DNA of 64,000 nucleotides from an uncultured Spirochaetota bacterium (GCA_963783575.1 CAWAOD010000011.1:512001-576000); one strand, 5' to 3'; counted from the stretch's first letter, positions 49,601 through 58,192 are shown. Translations and numbers: made by a program. The notes: generated from the sequence alone by a model not told the origin.

Positions 49601-52076
49601 CGGTGTTCTGCTTTCCGATGAAAACTCTCCATAAGGGTAATGTTTCCAGATCGAAAGGTTCGTTAGCTTTTTGGATCAACAATTCTTTGCAGGCTGATTC
49701 GCTTAAATTCATAAGATCAAGTTTTTTCATTTCAAAAACAAATTCTTTTTCAATTTTTTGCAGTACATTGCCGTCTTTCATGATAAACCTTGTCCTGAGA
49801 GCAGGATGCATTCGTGTCAAGGCGGTAAAAGCTTTTTCCAGGGCATTGCAGTCAAGTGGTTCGATCATTTTAAAAGCATATGATAAATTATACGCGGAAT
49901 TTGCCGGCGACATCTTCTGGATGAACCAGAGTGCCTGTTGACCCTGAGACAAAGGATATTCATCCGGTATAACTTTATCTGCGCTGGAACGAATGACTTC
50001 AGCGATATTTTCCATGCGGTCCAGAATAAGCCCGCTCATTTTTTGTATGCTGATTCCTTCAAGAATTTCAGCCATAGAAATATTAACCCTTAACGAAACC
50101 TCGATTAAATGAGTCAGATCAATAGTCATCAGCGAATCAAGACCATAAACCGCCAGATTTTCCAGGATATCGATTTCATCCTCACGTCTCTTCAGGATTT
50201 TTGAAATTTTCTTCCTGAGATACATCGAAATAATATTCTGTTTGTCGGCTTTCTGACTGACCAGTTTTAATGTTGATAAAATGAAATCATCTACCTCAGG
50301 TGATTCAGCTTTAGTATTAGTTTCTATAATTTCAGGCTGATTTTGGTTCATTTCTTCAATAATACTTTTGCCGATAATCTGCAGATCATCTTCCAGGAAT
50401 TTCTTTTTGCAAAGCTGCCTCTGGATTTTACCGCTGGAGGTCTTGGGTATGCTCATAAAGCGGATAAAAACGATGGTATAAAGCTGTATTTCAAATTGTT
50501 CCGAAACCGCTTTTCTCGCAGCATCTACGATTTCTTTTAAATCTTGCTTCGCGAAATCACGCTTTATCTCAAACACTCCTGCCAGCTTTTCTTCGCCCTC
50601 AGCCTCAATTGAAAAAGCCGCGGAACTTCCGGGAACAAAACCAGGATGGCTTTTTTCAATAACGTATTCAATATCCTGAGGGTAGAAATTTCTTCCTCGG
50701 ATAATTATCAAATCTTTAATCCGGCCAGAAATATACAGTTCACCGTTCCTTAAGAAGCCAAGGTCGCCGGTCCGTAAAAACGGGCCTTCTCCGTCAGATA
50801 AAACCGCTCCGAATGTCTTTGTAGTTTGTTCTTCCTGTTTCCAGTAACCGCCGGCCACGCTCTTACTTGCTGTCCAGACTTCACCGATTTCCGAATCGCC
50901 GCATTCCGTCAGTTTCTCCGGATCTACGATTTTTACTTTTACATCTTTAAAAACCTTGCCGGAACTGACTAAAGTCTTGCTGTTATCACCTGTAGAAATT
51001 TCTACCAGATTTCTGCCGAGTTTATCTGCGTCAATATCGATAGAAAGATGTAGTTCAAGATAGTTTTTACCAGTAACTATTAGTGTTCCTTCAGCCAGGC
51101 CGTGACATGGGTGAAACGCTTCCTTTCTGAATCCGTATTCCTTGAATGTGTCATAAAACTTAAGCATTGTATCTTCGCGGACCGGTTCTGCCCCGTTAAA
51201 TGCAACTTCCCAGGATGAAAGATCAAGTTGTTTTTTTTCTTCTTCCGTGATCTTTTGAACGCAAAGTTCATAGGCAAAATTCGGACCCCCGCTGGTTGTG
51301 GCTTTGTAGTCGCTAACCGCTTTAAGCCAGGTAAAAGGTTTCTGTAAAAATGAGAACGGCGACATTAATGTTACGGGAAAGCCTCCGTATATTGGCTCAA
51401 GAATTCCTCCGACAAGACCCATATCATGATAAGGAGGCAGCCAGACAACACCACGGCTTTGGTTATTTAGCCCGAAATTATTATGAATCGTTTCAAGGTT
51501 ATGTATGACATTTTCATAGGTTATCATTACACCTTTCGGGTTGGAAGTCGATCCGGAAGTATATTGCAGATAAGCCAGTTCATTCTGACGGACGTTTACA
51601 GGTTTATAATTATTAATCGAATCATTGGGAATAGCTTCAAAATCAATCCATTCAATGTTCTTTAATGCCGGTTTTGTTTCAAATAATTTATCCATTTTCA
51701 TTAATATGCTTTGTACGGTCAATACAATAGCTGCACCGGCGTCCTGAAGCATGGTTTCGATTCTTATGTCAGCCCGGTTGATTTTTGGCGGGTACGACGG
51801 CACCGGGACCATACCGGCGTATAAACATGCGAAAAATCCTGTAATATAATCAAGTCCAGGCTGGAAGAAAAGCAGGATCCGGTCGTTTCTTTTACCGATC
51901 ATCTGAAGGTATCCGGCGGTATTTCTGACCCGCTTGTCAAACTCCGCGTAAGTATATATTAATGGAACTTCCGAAGCATCGGTTATGAAAGTGTATGCCG
52001 TCTTGTCCGGGTCACTTAAAGCAAGATTTTTTAAAATATCCGGAATGGATAATTGCTTTTGATTATCTTGTTTCAC
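46698..52076 (-). CDS. FAAL-ACP-C-A-PCP lipo-initiating NRPS; A domain predicted to load glycine
   Basis: FAAL motifs YLQYTSGST.PKG, WLPPYHDMGL, HGLAEGT, LRTGDLG and PKTSSGK; ACP GLDSL; C domain HHIITD; A domain YTSGSTGKPKG, FDIAGLE and NMYGPTETTVWS (code read by eye DILQLGMVWK, close to the Gly code); PCP GGNSM. Confidence 0.93.
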   Translation of the reverse strand: MKQDNQKQLSIPDILKNLALSDPDKTAYTFITDASEVPLIYTYAEFDKRVRNTAGYLQMIGKRNDRILLFFQPGLDYITGFFACLYAGMVPVPSYPPKINRADIRIETMLQDAGAAIVLTVQSILMKMDKLFETKPALKNIEWIDFEAIPNDSINNYKPVNVRQNELAYLQYTSGSTSNPKGVMITYENVIHNLETIHNNFGLNNQSRGVVWLPPYHDMGLVGGILEPIYGGFPVTLMSPFSFLQKPFTWLKAVSDYKATTSGGPNFAYELCVQKITEEEKKQLDLSSWEVAFNGAEPVREDTMLKFYDTFKEYGFRKEAFHPCHGLAEGTLIVTGKNYLELHLSIDIDADKLGRNLVEISTGDNSKTLVSSGKVFKDVKVKIVDPEKLTECGDSEIGEVWTASKSVAGGYWKQEEQTTKTFGAVLSDGEGPFLRTGDLGFLRNGELYISGRIKDLIIIRGRNFYPQDIEYVIEKSHPGFVPGSSAAFSIEAEGEEKLAGVFEIKRDFAKQDLKEIVDAARKAVSEQFEIQLYTIVFIRFMSIPKTSSGKIQRQLCKKKFLEDDLQIIGKSIIEEMNQNQPEIIETNTKAESPEVDDFILSTLKLVSQKADKQNIISMYLRKKISKILKRREDEIDILENLAVYGLDSLMTIDLTHLIEVSLRVNISMAEILEGISIQKMSGLILDRMENIAEVIRSSADKVIPDEYPLSQGQQALWFIQKMSPANSAYNLSYAFKMIEPLDCNALEKAFTALTRMHPALRTRFIMKDGNVLQKIEKEFVFEMKKLDLMNLSESACKELLIQKANEPFDLETLPLWRVFIGKQNTGDYLLLLVFHHIITDFWSLSYLASDLGGYYSRIKKTGTAGEIKESGSYYHFIEWQREYLEKNQPAEEFWKKELSGDIQPVSINTDLPRPPVQTFKGDSVFTETGKPLSDEIRRLCGQYNCTPFVFLLSVFYVFLYRYTGQMDIIVGTPSASRKSAQFFPISGYFINPIPIRTRFEGSESFRNLLETVRTNVLRVFENQYYPFKLIVDKLQSARDLSRSPIFQIMFSYQKSPNPELAGLSGFSLNEMPIDTDISGLKVRLLPLGCQSSQFDLTLLAADIENRFAFSFQYNTGLFTKDTIQRMSTEFITLLDVVCRDMKNPLTSMQFLPDSKKDQLLREWNSTKAEYPNKPLFKLFEAQADKRPDAIAILFEGESITYSELNQRANRIAHYLKRIGVKEESVVPVCLERSLNLIAALLGILKAGGYYLPLDPIYPKDRIALILEDISQNGAIPSITEEKFLHYFSFPFIKPVCLDKDNEDINKESSLNPDIKVSLHNLAYMIYTSGSTGKPKGVQIPHRAIVNFLNSMRKNPGLIEEDTLLSVTTISFDIAGLEIFLPLTTGAKVILMNQKTITDGKALAEEIDKNNVTVMQATPSVWRLLLDNGWKGSKTLKILCGGEAFPPELAEKLVQCSGEVWNMYGPTETTVWSSIYKIEEVRYPIPIGKPIDNTQMYILDSRFNPVPVGVTGDLYIGGDGVARGYYNRKELTDERFIKNPFINDNESRIYKTGDLARYLPDGNIEFLSRSDFQVKIRGFRIELGEIESVLSKHESIKESIVIVREDKPQDKRLIAYCICSNPGVTTSGLRHYLIEKLPEYMIPSYFVFLKEFPKTPNGKIDRKTLPVPDYIRPELESVYVAPKSHMEQKIALIWQDALKLDKIGVNDNFFELGGNSMLMVQMHTKLEPEFPEKPISIVEMFQYPTISSLAVYLSQNTSYAGKTLDEENVEARKNKISQIDSQRDLRKKSRLDF

Positions 52077-52120
52077 ATTGATGCCCTCTTTTTTTCTTTT
52101 TCACAATGATGCTAACAGCT

Positions 52121-53590
52121 TCAAACGGCGTCAATTATTATCTTTAAAATTGACAGGTAATTTCCGGCAATGCTTTCAATAGTAGACTGCCGGTAATAAT
52201 TACTGCTGTAAACCCATTGTAGGAAAAGTTGTTCATGGCTTATAAAGCAAATACATTCAAGCGGAAAAAAGTAATCTTCATCGGGTCCGGCGCGCATACC
52301 TGGATTTTCTTTAGCCACCCTTATATTTGGAACTTCATAATCTACACGGCCAAGGTAGTTGAATAACAATTTACAGCCTTTGAATTCCATCATTAATTTT
52401 TTAATCCGTATTTTATTTTCATCACCAAACCTGCACAATAATGCATAGCCTAATCCGGAATTGGGCGCTTTTTTAAACTGCTCATCTATAAATCTTACCT
52501 TTTCGAATATCGAATCATTTTGTATTGAATTCATATCCGACTTCTTTACAATAAGCGACCGGCTTGTGGCAAGAAAACCGACTGTCCTGCTAAGATCCAT
52601 ATCTTTTGTAAAAGGATAACCGATGCGCCCCGAATCGGTAGCTTCAAAATAAACCCAGTCCTCATTCATCCGCTGGCAGACGGATTCTACTAATGGCACC
52701 ATTAGCAAATTATCAAAAGAAGTTTGATAATAAGCCGGAATATCCTTGAAGAGTTTTTGAGTTTCATTTTCAGAAAGAGCCATAGTATACTTTTTAAGAG
52801 AACCTTCGGTAATTTTTGCCGAACCCGGAAAATCAGATTTCAAATTTAAAGTTTTATCCCAGGGTAGTTTTGACCAATATTCAACTTCAGATTCTAACTC
52901 CTTCGAATAGCAATACGAATTGAGAGCTGCAACGTAATCGGAAAAAGGAGTGATTTCTCCCGGAAGATAAATCTTGCCATCCTGCAGGATTTGCTGATAA
53001 GCGGTTAAAAAATCATTCAGCAGAATTGTAAGAGAGGTTATATCGCAGAGCAGGTGGTGCGCTACTATTAAAAAGCGGTTTGGCCGGCCTTTACCCATAT
53101 TAAAATAAGCTATCCGGATCAGCGGTCCGTTAGTTATATCAAGTGAATTTTGTATCTTTTCGGCAGCCGCTTCAATGGCATTTTTTTGATCGTCTTCTTT
53201 GATATCAGAGTAATCGAATGCTTCAAAAGGAACATCTTCAATGGAATTTTTTATATACTGTTTCCATATTCCATTTTCCTTGACAAACCTGGCTTTCAAT
53301 ACTTCATGACAATCGAGCAGATATGAAAAAACCTGTTTTATTAGAGACGGCTCTAAAGGAAGATCTGTTTCCAATAATCTGCACATATTATAGCGCGCTG
53401 GATTTATCCTGTGTATGATTGAATCTAAAAAAGTAAACTGGTTGTAGCTCAGAGGGATTGATCTTTCTATTCCTGTTTTCTCTTTTTCTGCAACTATAAC
53501 TTTTTTCATAGAATCAAGTTTTTTAATATCAGCCAATTTGGCTAATTTTGCAATAGTTGGGTTTTTTGACAAATCACCGGGATTAATCAT
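52121..53590 (-). CDS. PCP C-terminal helix plus an epimerisation-like condensation domain; in frame with the upstream NRPS beyond one TAG
   Basis: Starts with PCP-type residues (NPTIAKLA). Contains HHLLCD, DLSRTVGF, PNSGLGY and FNYLG. The EGHGRE motif is replaced by TDSGRI. Confidence 0.82.
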   Translation of the reverse strand: MINPGDLSKNPTIAKLAKLADIKKLDSMKKVIVAEKEKTGIERSIPLSYNQFTFLDSIIHRINPARYNMCRLLETDLPLEPSLIKQVFSYLLDCHEVLKARFVKENGIWKQYIKNSIEDVPFEAFDYSDIKEDDQKNAIEAAAEKIQNSLDITNGPLIRIAYFNMGKGRPNRFLIVAHHLLCDITSLTILLNDFLTAYQQILQDGKIYLPGEITPFSDYVAALNSYCYSKELESEVEYWSKLPWDKTLNLKSDFPGSAKITEGSLKKYTMALSENETQKLFKDIPAYYQTSFDNLLMVPLVESVCQRMNEDWVYFEATDSGRIGYPFTKDMDLSRTVGFLATSRSLIVKKSDMNSIQNDSIFEKVRFIDEQFKKAPNSGLGYALLCRFGDENKIRIKKLMMEFKGCKLLFNYLGRVDYEVPNIRVAKENPGMRAGPDEDYFFPLECICFISHEQLFLQWVYSSNYYRQSTIESIAGNYLSILKIIIDAV

Positions 53591-53596
53591 TAATCC

Positions 53597-56500
53597 CTAA
53601 TGATGTGCCATATCAATTACTCTCAAGCCTGTAAGTGAATCACCTCCAATCTGAAAGAAATCATCATAAATTCCAATTTGCTCAAGTTTCATAACAGTCT
53701 GCCAGATGGATACGAGTTTCTTTTCTGTATCGTTTCTTGGAGCAGTATATTTAGATTCCCTGCTTAAGCCCGTACCACCCCTGGATTTTAATTTTTTTCT
53801 ATCAATTTTACCTGTAAGAGTTAAAGGCAAAGAATTCATTTTAATAAATGAAACCGGGATCATATATTCAGGCAGGCGAACTTTGAGAAAATCGACAATT
53901 TCACCCAGCTTAATTTCTACATTATTTTCCGGAACGAAATATGTTATTAACTGTTTTTCACCCTGATTTTTATCCTCAGCCATTACCACGGCCTCTTTTA
54001 TACCAGGAAACCCAAGCATAACAGTTTCTATCTCCGATGATTCGATCCTTATTCCTTTGATTTTTAATTGCAGGTCCCTACGGCCAAGATGTTCCAGACA
54101 ACCGTCCGTACGAAGCCGGCCAATGTCTCCGGTAAAATACATTCTTTCCGGACCGCCGTCCGGATTTTTCTTGAAAGATTTTTCCGTCTGGTCATCCAGT
54201 TCCCAATATCCCGGAGATAGGTAAGCGCTTTTTATAACTATCTCGCCCGGCCTGTTGTAATGTACCGGATTGCCGGCTTCGTCAACCAGCAGAATTTCGG
54301 TATCCGTAACTTTGTAACCTACTGGAACAAGGTTCCCGATAAGTTTTGTGTTTTTATCAATGGGATATTGCCTTATAACATTCAATTCCGTTGCACCTAA
54401 ACCGTTCACCAGAACGCAACTATCCGCGAAATATTTTTTATATGAATCCACGTCAAAAGACGAGACTGGTTCTCCTCCAAAATCAATTATCCTGAGCTTT
54501 GGAAAGGATGACACATCCTTAGATGACATATCTTCAATCGAAGTAACAAAGTGCCTGAAAACCGTCGGGACAGAATGGTATATTGTAATATCATTATCAT
54601 TCAGCCAACCGGCGAGTTTTTGCGGGCCGTTTTCTTTAATGTTATAAAGACACAACGTAGCTCCGTTCGATAATGCAGCAAAAACATCCATCATAGCAGC
54701 GCTGAAACTGAATGACGGGATCAGTGAAAGCTTGTCATCCCTGCCGATATGCAGCCCGTTTGTATAGTTCATAATAAAATGCAGGACATTCCTGTGTTTT
54801 TGCATTACGCCTTTAGGATGTCCGGTTGAGCCGGAAGTGTACATTATATATGCCAGATCTTCAGGCCCGGAAAAGTCTTCCTTGCTTTCGTCAGTCTTGT
54901 CATCTTTATAAATTTCTTTAATATTCAAAATCTTAATATTTTTATTTACCGGGTTTCTGATTTCGTATGCCAATTCCTCATTTTCATCATCAGTTATAAT
55001 CAAATGCGTGTTAGTGTCATCCAGGATATAACTCAAACGTTCTTTCGGATAGTCGGGATCTAACGTGACAAAAGAATTGCCGCTTTTAAGCACTCCCATA
55101 ATTCCGGCTACAATCCTAATGCTGTGGCCTATCAGGAGCGCGATTATGCTAGGTTTATAATTATCCATCTTTTTCGTATCAATGGATTGTATGAATAAAG
55201 ATTCTTTGGGTATTTTATCCTCTATTGACGAGCACAAAGGGCAATGGGGGTCTTTTTCGATTTCGATTTCCTCTATAAATCGCCCGGTAAATCCCTTTTC
55301 CCAGTCAAAACCGTTCTTTTTGCAGGTTTCGATAAAATGCCTGCTGAAAGGGTAGGTGACAATCTTATAACCTCTTGTCTGGGAAAGTCTGTCCGATCCC
55401 TGGTTATTAAAGAAGAAATATTTATTGTAGGAAGGGTTTTCAAATCCCAGGACTATTTTCAATGCTTCATTTACAGCGAACCCTGTGCTCAGAAATAGTG
55501 CCGGAGAAGAAACACAATTGGCTACTTTATTCCAGCCGCTGTTTTCTTTCCGGAGTTCCATGACAGTGTCCAGTTTTTTTATATCATAACAGCAGTGGAA
55601 ACAGGGAGTGTAAGGCGAATGGAATATAACGGCATAAGAGCTCCTTTCGATCATTGACGATAGAACATGCGGAATGCGCTTTGCCACAGCGTATTCCGAC
55701 AATGCAAATTTCGCTTCTATACTGTCAACATTATCAAATATTATTGCCGAGTTTCCCACCAAGTCGGAAACAGTATTTTTGTCTATTTTTTCTTTTCTTA
55801 CAATTACTTTTACATTTGGGTTTATTCTTTGAACCGATATGGCCGCAGATTCGGCTTTATTCATACCGATCCTGGATTCGTCATGAAGAACCTGCCGGTT
55901 TAGGTTGGACAGTTCAACATTATCGAAATCACAGATTATGATTGTACCGACTCCCAATAATGCTAGCTGCATAATAACAGGCGACCCTGATCCGCCGGCT
56001 CCTGCCGCAAATACTGTCAGGCCTTTCAATTTTTCCTGTGATTCTATTCCCCATTGATCCAGGATAAGCTGCCTGGTATACCGTATTTTTTCTTTTTTTG
56101 AAAGCCCGGGTAAATTATCAATACTGTTTTTTATTATATAACTTAAACGACCGGACAAAGTCTTTAATTCAAGGTATGTTAATTTCTCATCATCCATTTC
56201 TATTGCAATTTGCTCTGGATTTTCAAGTACCTGTATTTCAAATCTTCCGATGATTGACTGCTCAATCTCTTCCTTCCGGAATGGAATAAATTGGTGATCG
56301 ATTATCACCGGTTTCGGTTCGATCGGGATTAATTCTGGGAGTTCGTTTATAAAAAGTTCCGGTTGATCCGCCAGCCGGGCCGTTAGAATTTCAAAATGAT
56401 TTACCAGCCAATTTACGGTATTTTCAGAATATAAATCAGCTTTAAAAGAGAAATCCATCTGGATCCCAAGCTCGTGTTCAATCGCAAGCAAGGTGATGTC

Positions 56501-57868
56501 GAATTTGGAATTGATATTTTGGGCCCCGATGATATCCCGGTTGTATGGTTCTATTTCAAGCCCGGGGAGTTTCCAATTATACCTGGCGCTGTACATATTG
56601 AATAAAACTTGAAATATAGGAGTTTTATTCCGCTGTCGCGGCGGTTTTAGTTCCTCAACCAATAAATCAAAAGGGATTTCCTGGTTTGATAAAGCCCCGG
56701 ATGAAGATTCCTTAACAGATTCAAGAAGATCTGTAAAGCGGATATTATCGCTTATTCCCGTACGTATAACGACCGTATTGAAAAATAACCCGATTAACGG
56801 TTCGAGATCACCTCTGTTTCTGCCTGCAATAGGTGACCCAACAACAATATCCCTGATCCCGGAGTATTGATGAAGCAATACCTTAAAAATAGATAAAATT
56901 GTAACATAAAGCGAATAACCGTATTTTTTACTGACCGATTTTAATTTAGCTGTGATATTACCGGTAATCATATAGTTTTTACGGATACTTTTATAGGATA
57001 AGACTTCAGGACGATTAAAATCGCCGTAAATTTCCGGTATATTCTCAATATTATTCAGTTTGTCTTTCCAATAGGATAACTGGAGTTCCTTTAATCCGCC
57101 GTTAAGCCTGTCATTCTGCCATTTGGCATAATCGGCATATTGAATTGACAATTCAGGCAGTACCGCGGTTTCACCGGTAACATATTCCGTATAAAAAGCT
57201 ATTAATTCCTGAACGAAAATATACAACGATTGATTGTCGCATATGATATGATGAAATCCAAGCACCAGAACATGTTCATTTTCTGATACTTGAAGCAGTC
57301 TGGCACGAATCAGCGGGCCTTCGGCAAGGTTAAAAGGTGAGCTTAATTCTTCATTGTATTCGGCTATTACTTTTAAGTCTTTTTCGTTTTCTGATAATTT
57401 AATTATGTCGATAAGAGGCATATCTATTTTTAAATCCCGCGATATGATTTGATTCACTTCGCCATTGTTATTTATATAATTGGTTCGAAGTACTTCATGC
57501 CTTTGAATGATCCGGTTCATACTTTTATGGAGAGCTTTATAATTGAGTTTTCCTCTAAGACGGAACGCTATCGGAATATTGAAAGCACTGCTTTTTTCAT
57601 CCATCTGGCTGTGAAGCCATAGCCATTTTTGGCCGTAGGATACTGGAATATCTTCATTACGTGGGATTGGTTTTATTGGAGAAAAAAACGAGCTCTCCCC
57701 ATTCAGAGATTCAACAAAGCGGATGATTTCTTCCTTGTTATCTGTGATTTCTGCTTTAATTTCATCATTCAGGGCTCCGGCAGGTGCTTTATATTTAAGA
57801 GTTCCTTCTTCAACCCAGATTTGTATTCCTAGATTTTTCACCCTATATAATAAATTTACTATATTCAT
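53597..57868 (-). CDS. NRPS: TubC-type N-terminal docking domain, C, A interrupted by a ThiF/MoeB domain, and a truncated PCP
   Basis: N-terminus GIQIWVEEGTLKYKAPAGAL; C domain HHIICD; A1 LTYLEL; ThiF insert; A2 LKSG...LDPDYP; A3 YTSGSTGHPKG; TGD; KIDRK; PCP GGDSL followed by TAG. Confidence 0.9.
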   Translation of the reverse strand: MNIVNLLYRVKNLGIQIWVEEGTLKYKAPAGALNDEIKAEITDNKEEIIRFVESLNGESSFFSPIKPIPRNEDIPVSYGQKWLWLHSQMDEKSSAFNIPIAFRLRGKLNYKALHKSMNRIIQRHEVLRTNYINNNGEVNQIISRDLKIDMPLIDIIKLSENEKDLKVIAEYNEELSSPFNLAEGPLIRARLLQVSENEHVLVLGFHHIICDNQSLYIFVQELIAFYTEYVTGETAVLPELSIQYADYAKWQNDRLNGGLKELQLSYWKDKLNNIENIPEIYGDFNRPEVLSYKSIRKNYMITGNITAKLKSVSKKYGYSLYVTILSIFKVLLHQYSGIRDIVVGSPIAGRNRGDLEPLIGLFFNTVVIRTGISDNIRFTDLLESVKESSSGALSNQEIPFDLLVEELKPPRQRNKTPIFQVLFNMYSARYNWKLPGLEIEPYNRDIIGAQNINSKFDITLLAIEHELGIQMDFSFKADLYSENTVNWLVNHFEILTARLADQPELFINELPELIPIEPKPVIIDHQFIPFRKEEIEQSIIGRFEIQVLENPEQIAIEMDDEKLTYLELKTLSGRLSYIIKNSIDNLPGLSKKEKIRYTRQLILDQWGIESQEKLKGLTVFAAGAGGSGSPVIMQLALLGVGTIIICDFDNVELSNLNRQVLHDESRIGMNKAESAAISVQRINPNVKVIVRKEKIDKNTVSDLVGNSAIIFDNVDSIEAKFALSEYAVAKRIPHVLSSMIERSSYAVIFHSPYTPCFHCCYDIKKLDTVMELRKENSGWNKVANCVSSPALFLSTGFAVNEALKIVLGFENPSYNKYFFFNNQGSDRLSQTRGYKIVTYPFSRHFIETCKKNGFDWEKGFTGRFIEEIEIEKDPHCPLCSSIEDKIPKESLFIQSIDTKKMDNYKPSIIALLIGHSIRIVAGIMGVLKSGNSFVTLDPDYPKERLSYILDDTNTHLIITDDENEELAYEIRNPVNKNIKILNIKEIYKDDKTDESKEDFSGPEDLAYIMYTSGSTGHPKGVMQKHRNVLHFIMNYTNGLHIGRDDKLSLIPSFSFSAAMMDVFAALSNGATLCLYNIKENGPQKLAGWLNDNDITIYHSVPTVFRHFVTSIEDMSSKDVSSFPKLRIIDFGGEPVSSFDVDSYKKYFADSCVLVNGLGATELNVIRQYPIDKNTKLIGNLVPVGYKVTDTEILLVDEAGNPVHYNRPGEIVIKSAYLSPGYWELDDQTEKSFKKNPDGGPERMYFTGDIGRLRTDGCLEHLGRRDLQLKIKGIRIESSEIETVMLGFPGIKEAVVMAEDKNQGEKQLITYFVPENNVEIKLGEIVDFLKVRLPEYMIPVSFIKMNSLPLTLTGKIDRKKLKSRGGTGLSRESKYTAPRNDTEKKLVSIWQTVMKLEQIGIYDDFFQIGGDSLTGLRVIDMAHH

Positions 57869-57902
57869 GATTATTTCCTTTTTTAATCTAAATAAATCAT
57901 TT

Positions 57903-58103
57903 TTAACACATGCCCCTTCGGGTTCCTTCGATAAACTCAGGGCAGGCTGCTTGACCAGGTTTAGATTCCTTACGCAACAAAGTTGCGTATAGCTATGTGG
58001 AGTTATCCCGAGCAGAGACTGCCTTGAAGGGTCGAGGGAATTCCTATAGAAGAAGCTTTCAGTTTTCTTATTTTAATACTACGAGGCTCTGTCCCGAGGA
58101 TCA
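57903..58103 (+). repeat. Composite palindromic repeat, copy 4, in the 5' leader of the NRPS operon
   Basis: TTAACA left end; CCTTCGATAAACTCAGGGC unit; GGCAGGCTGCTTGACC...GATTCCTTACGCAACAAAGTTGCGTATA shared with the rfbB copy; right end TAATACTACGAGGCTCTGTCCCGAGGAT. Confidence 0.85.
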
Positions 58104-58114
58104 TAACTTAACAA

Positions 58115-58192
58115 ACTTATAAAAAGACTTATAAAAAGACTTATAAAAATTTTTATAGAAAGTATTATAATGAATTAAATAAAATATAGCAA
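58115..58192 (-). promoter_or_regulatory. Putative sigma70 promoter of the NRPS/PKS operon, with downstream direct repeats and a palindrome
   Basis: TTGCTA-17 bp-TATAAT (58192-58164); 16-bp palindrome TATAAAAATTTTTATA (58142-58157); three copies of ACTTATAAAAA(G) (58115-58149). Confidence 0.55.

Noticed and set aside
53597..53599. TAG as pyrrolysine or an alternative genetic code
   Set aside because: No pyl genes in the window, and TAG ends other full-length genes (GH57 at 19612, rfbD at 25826)
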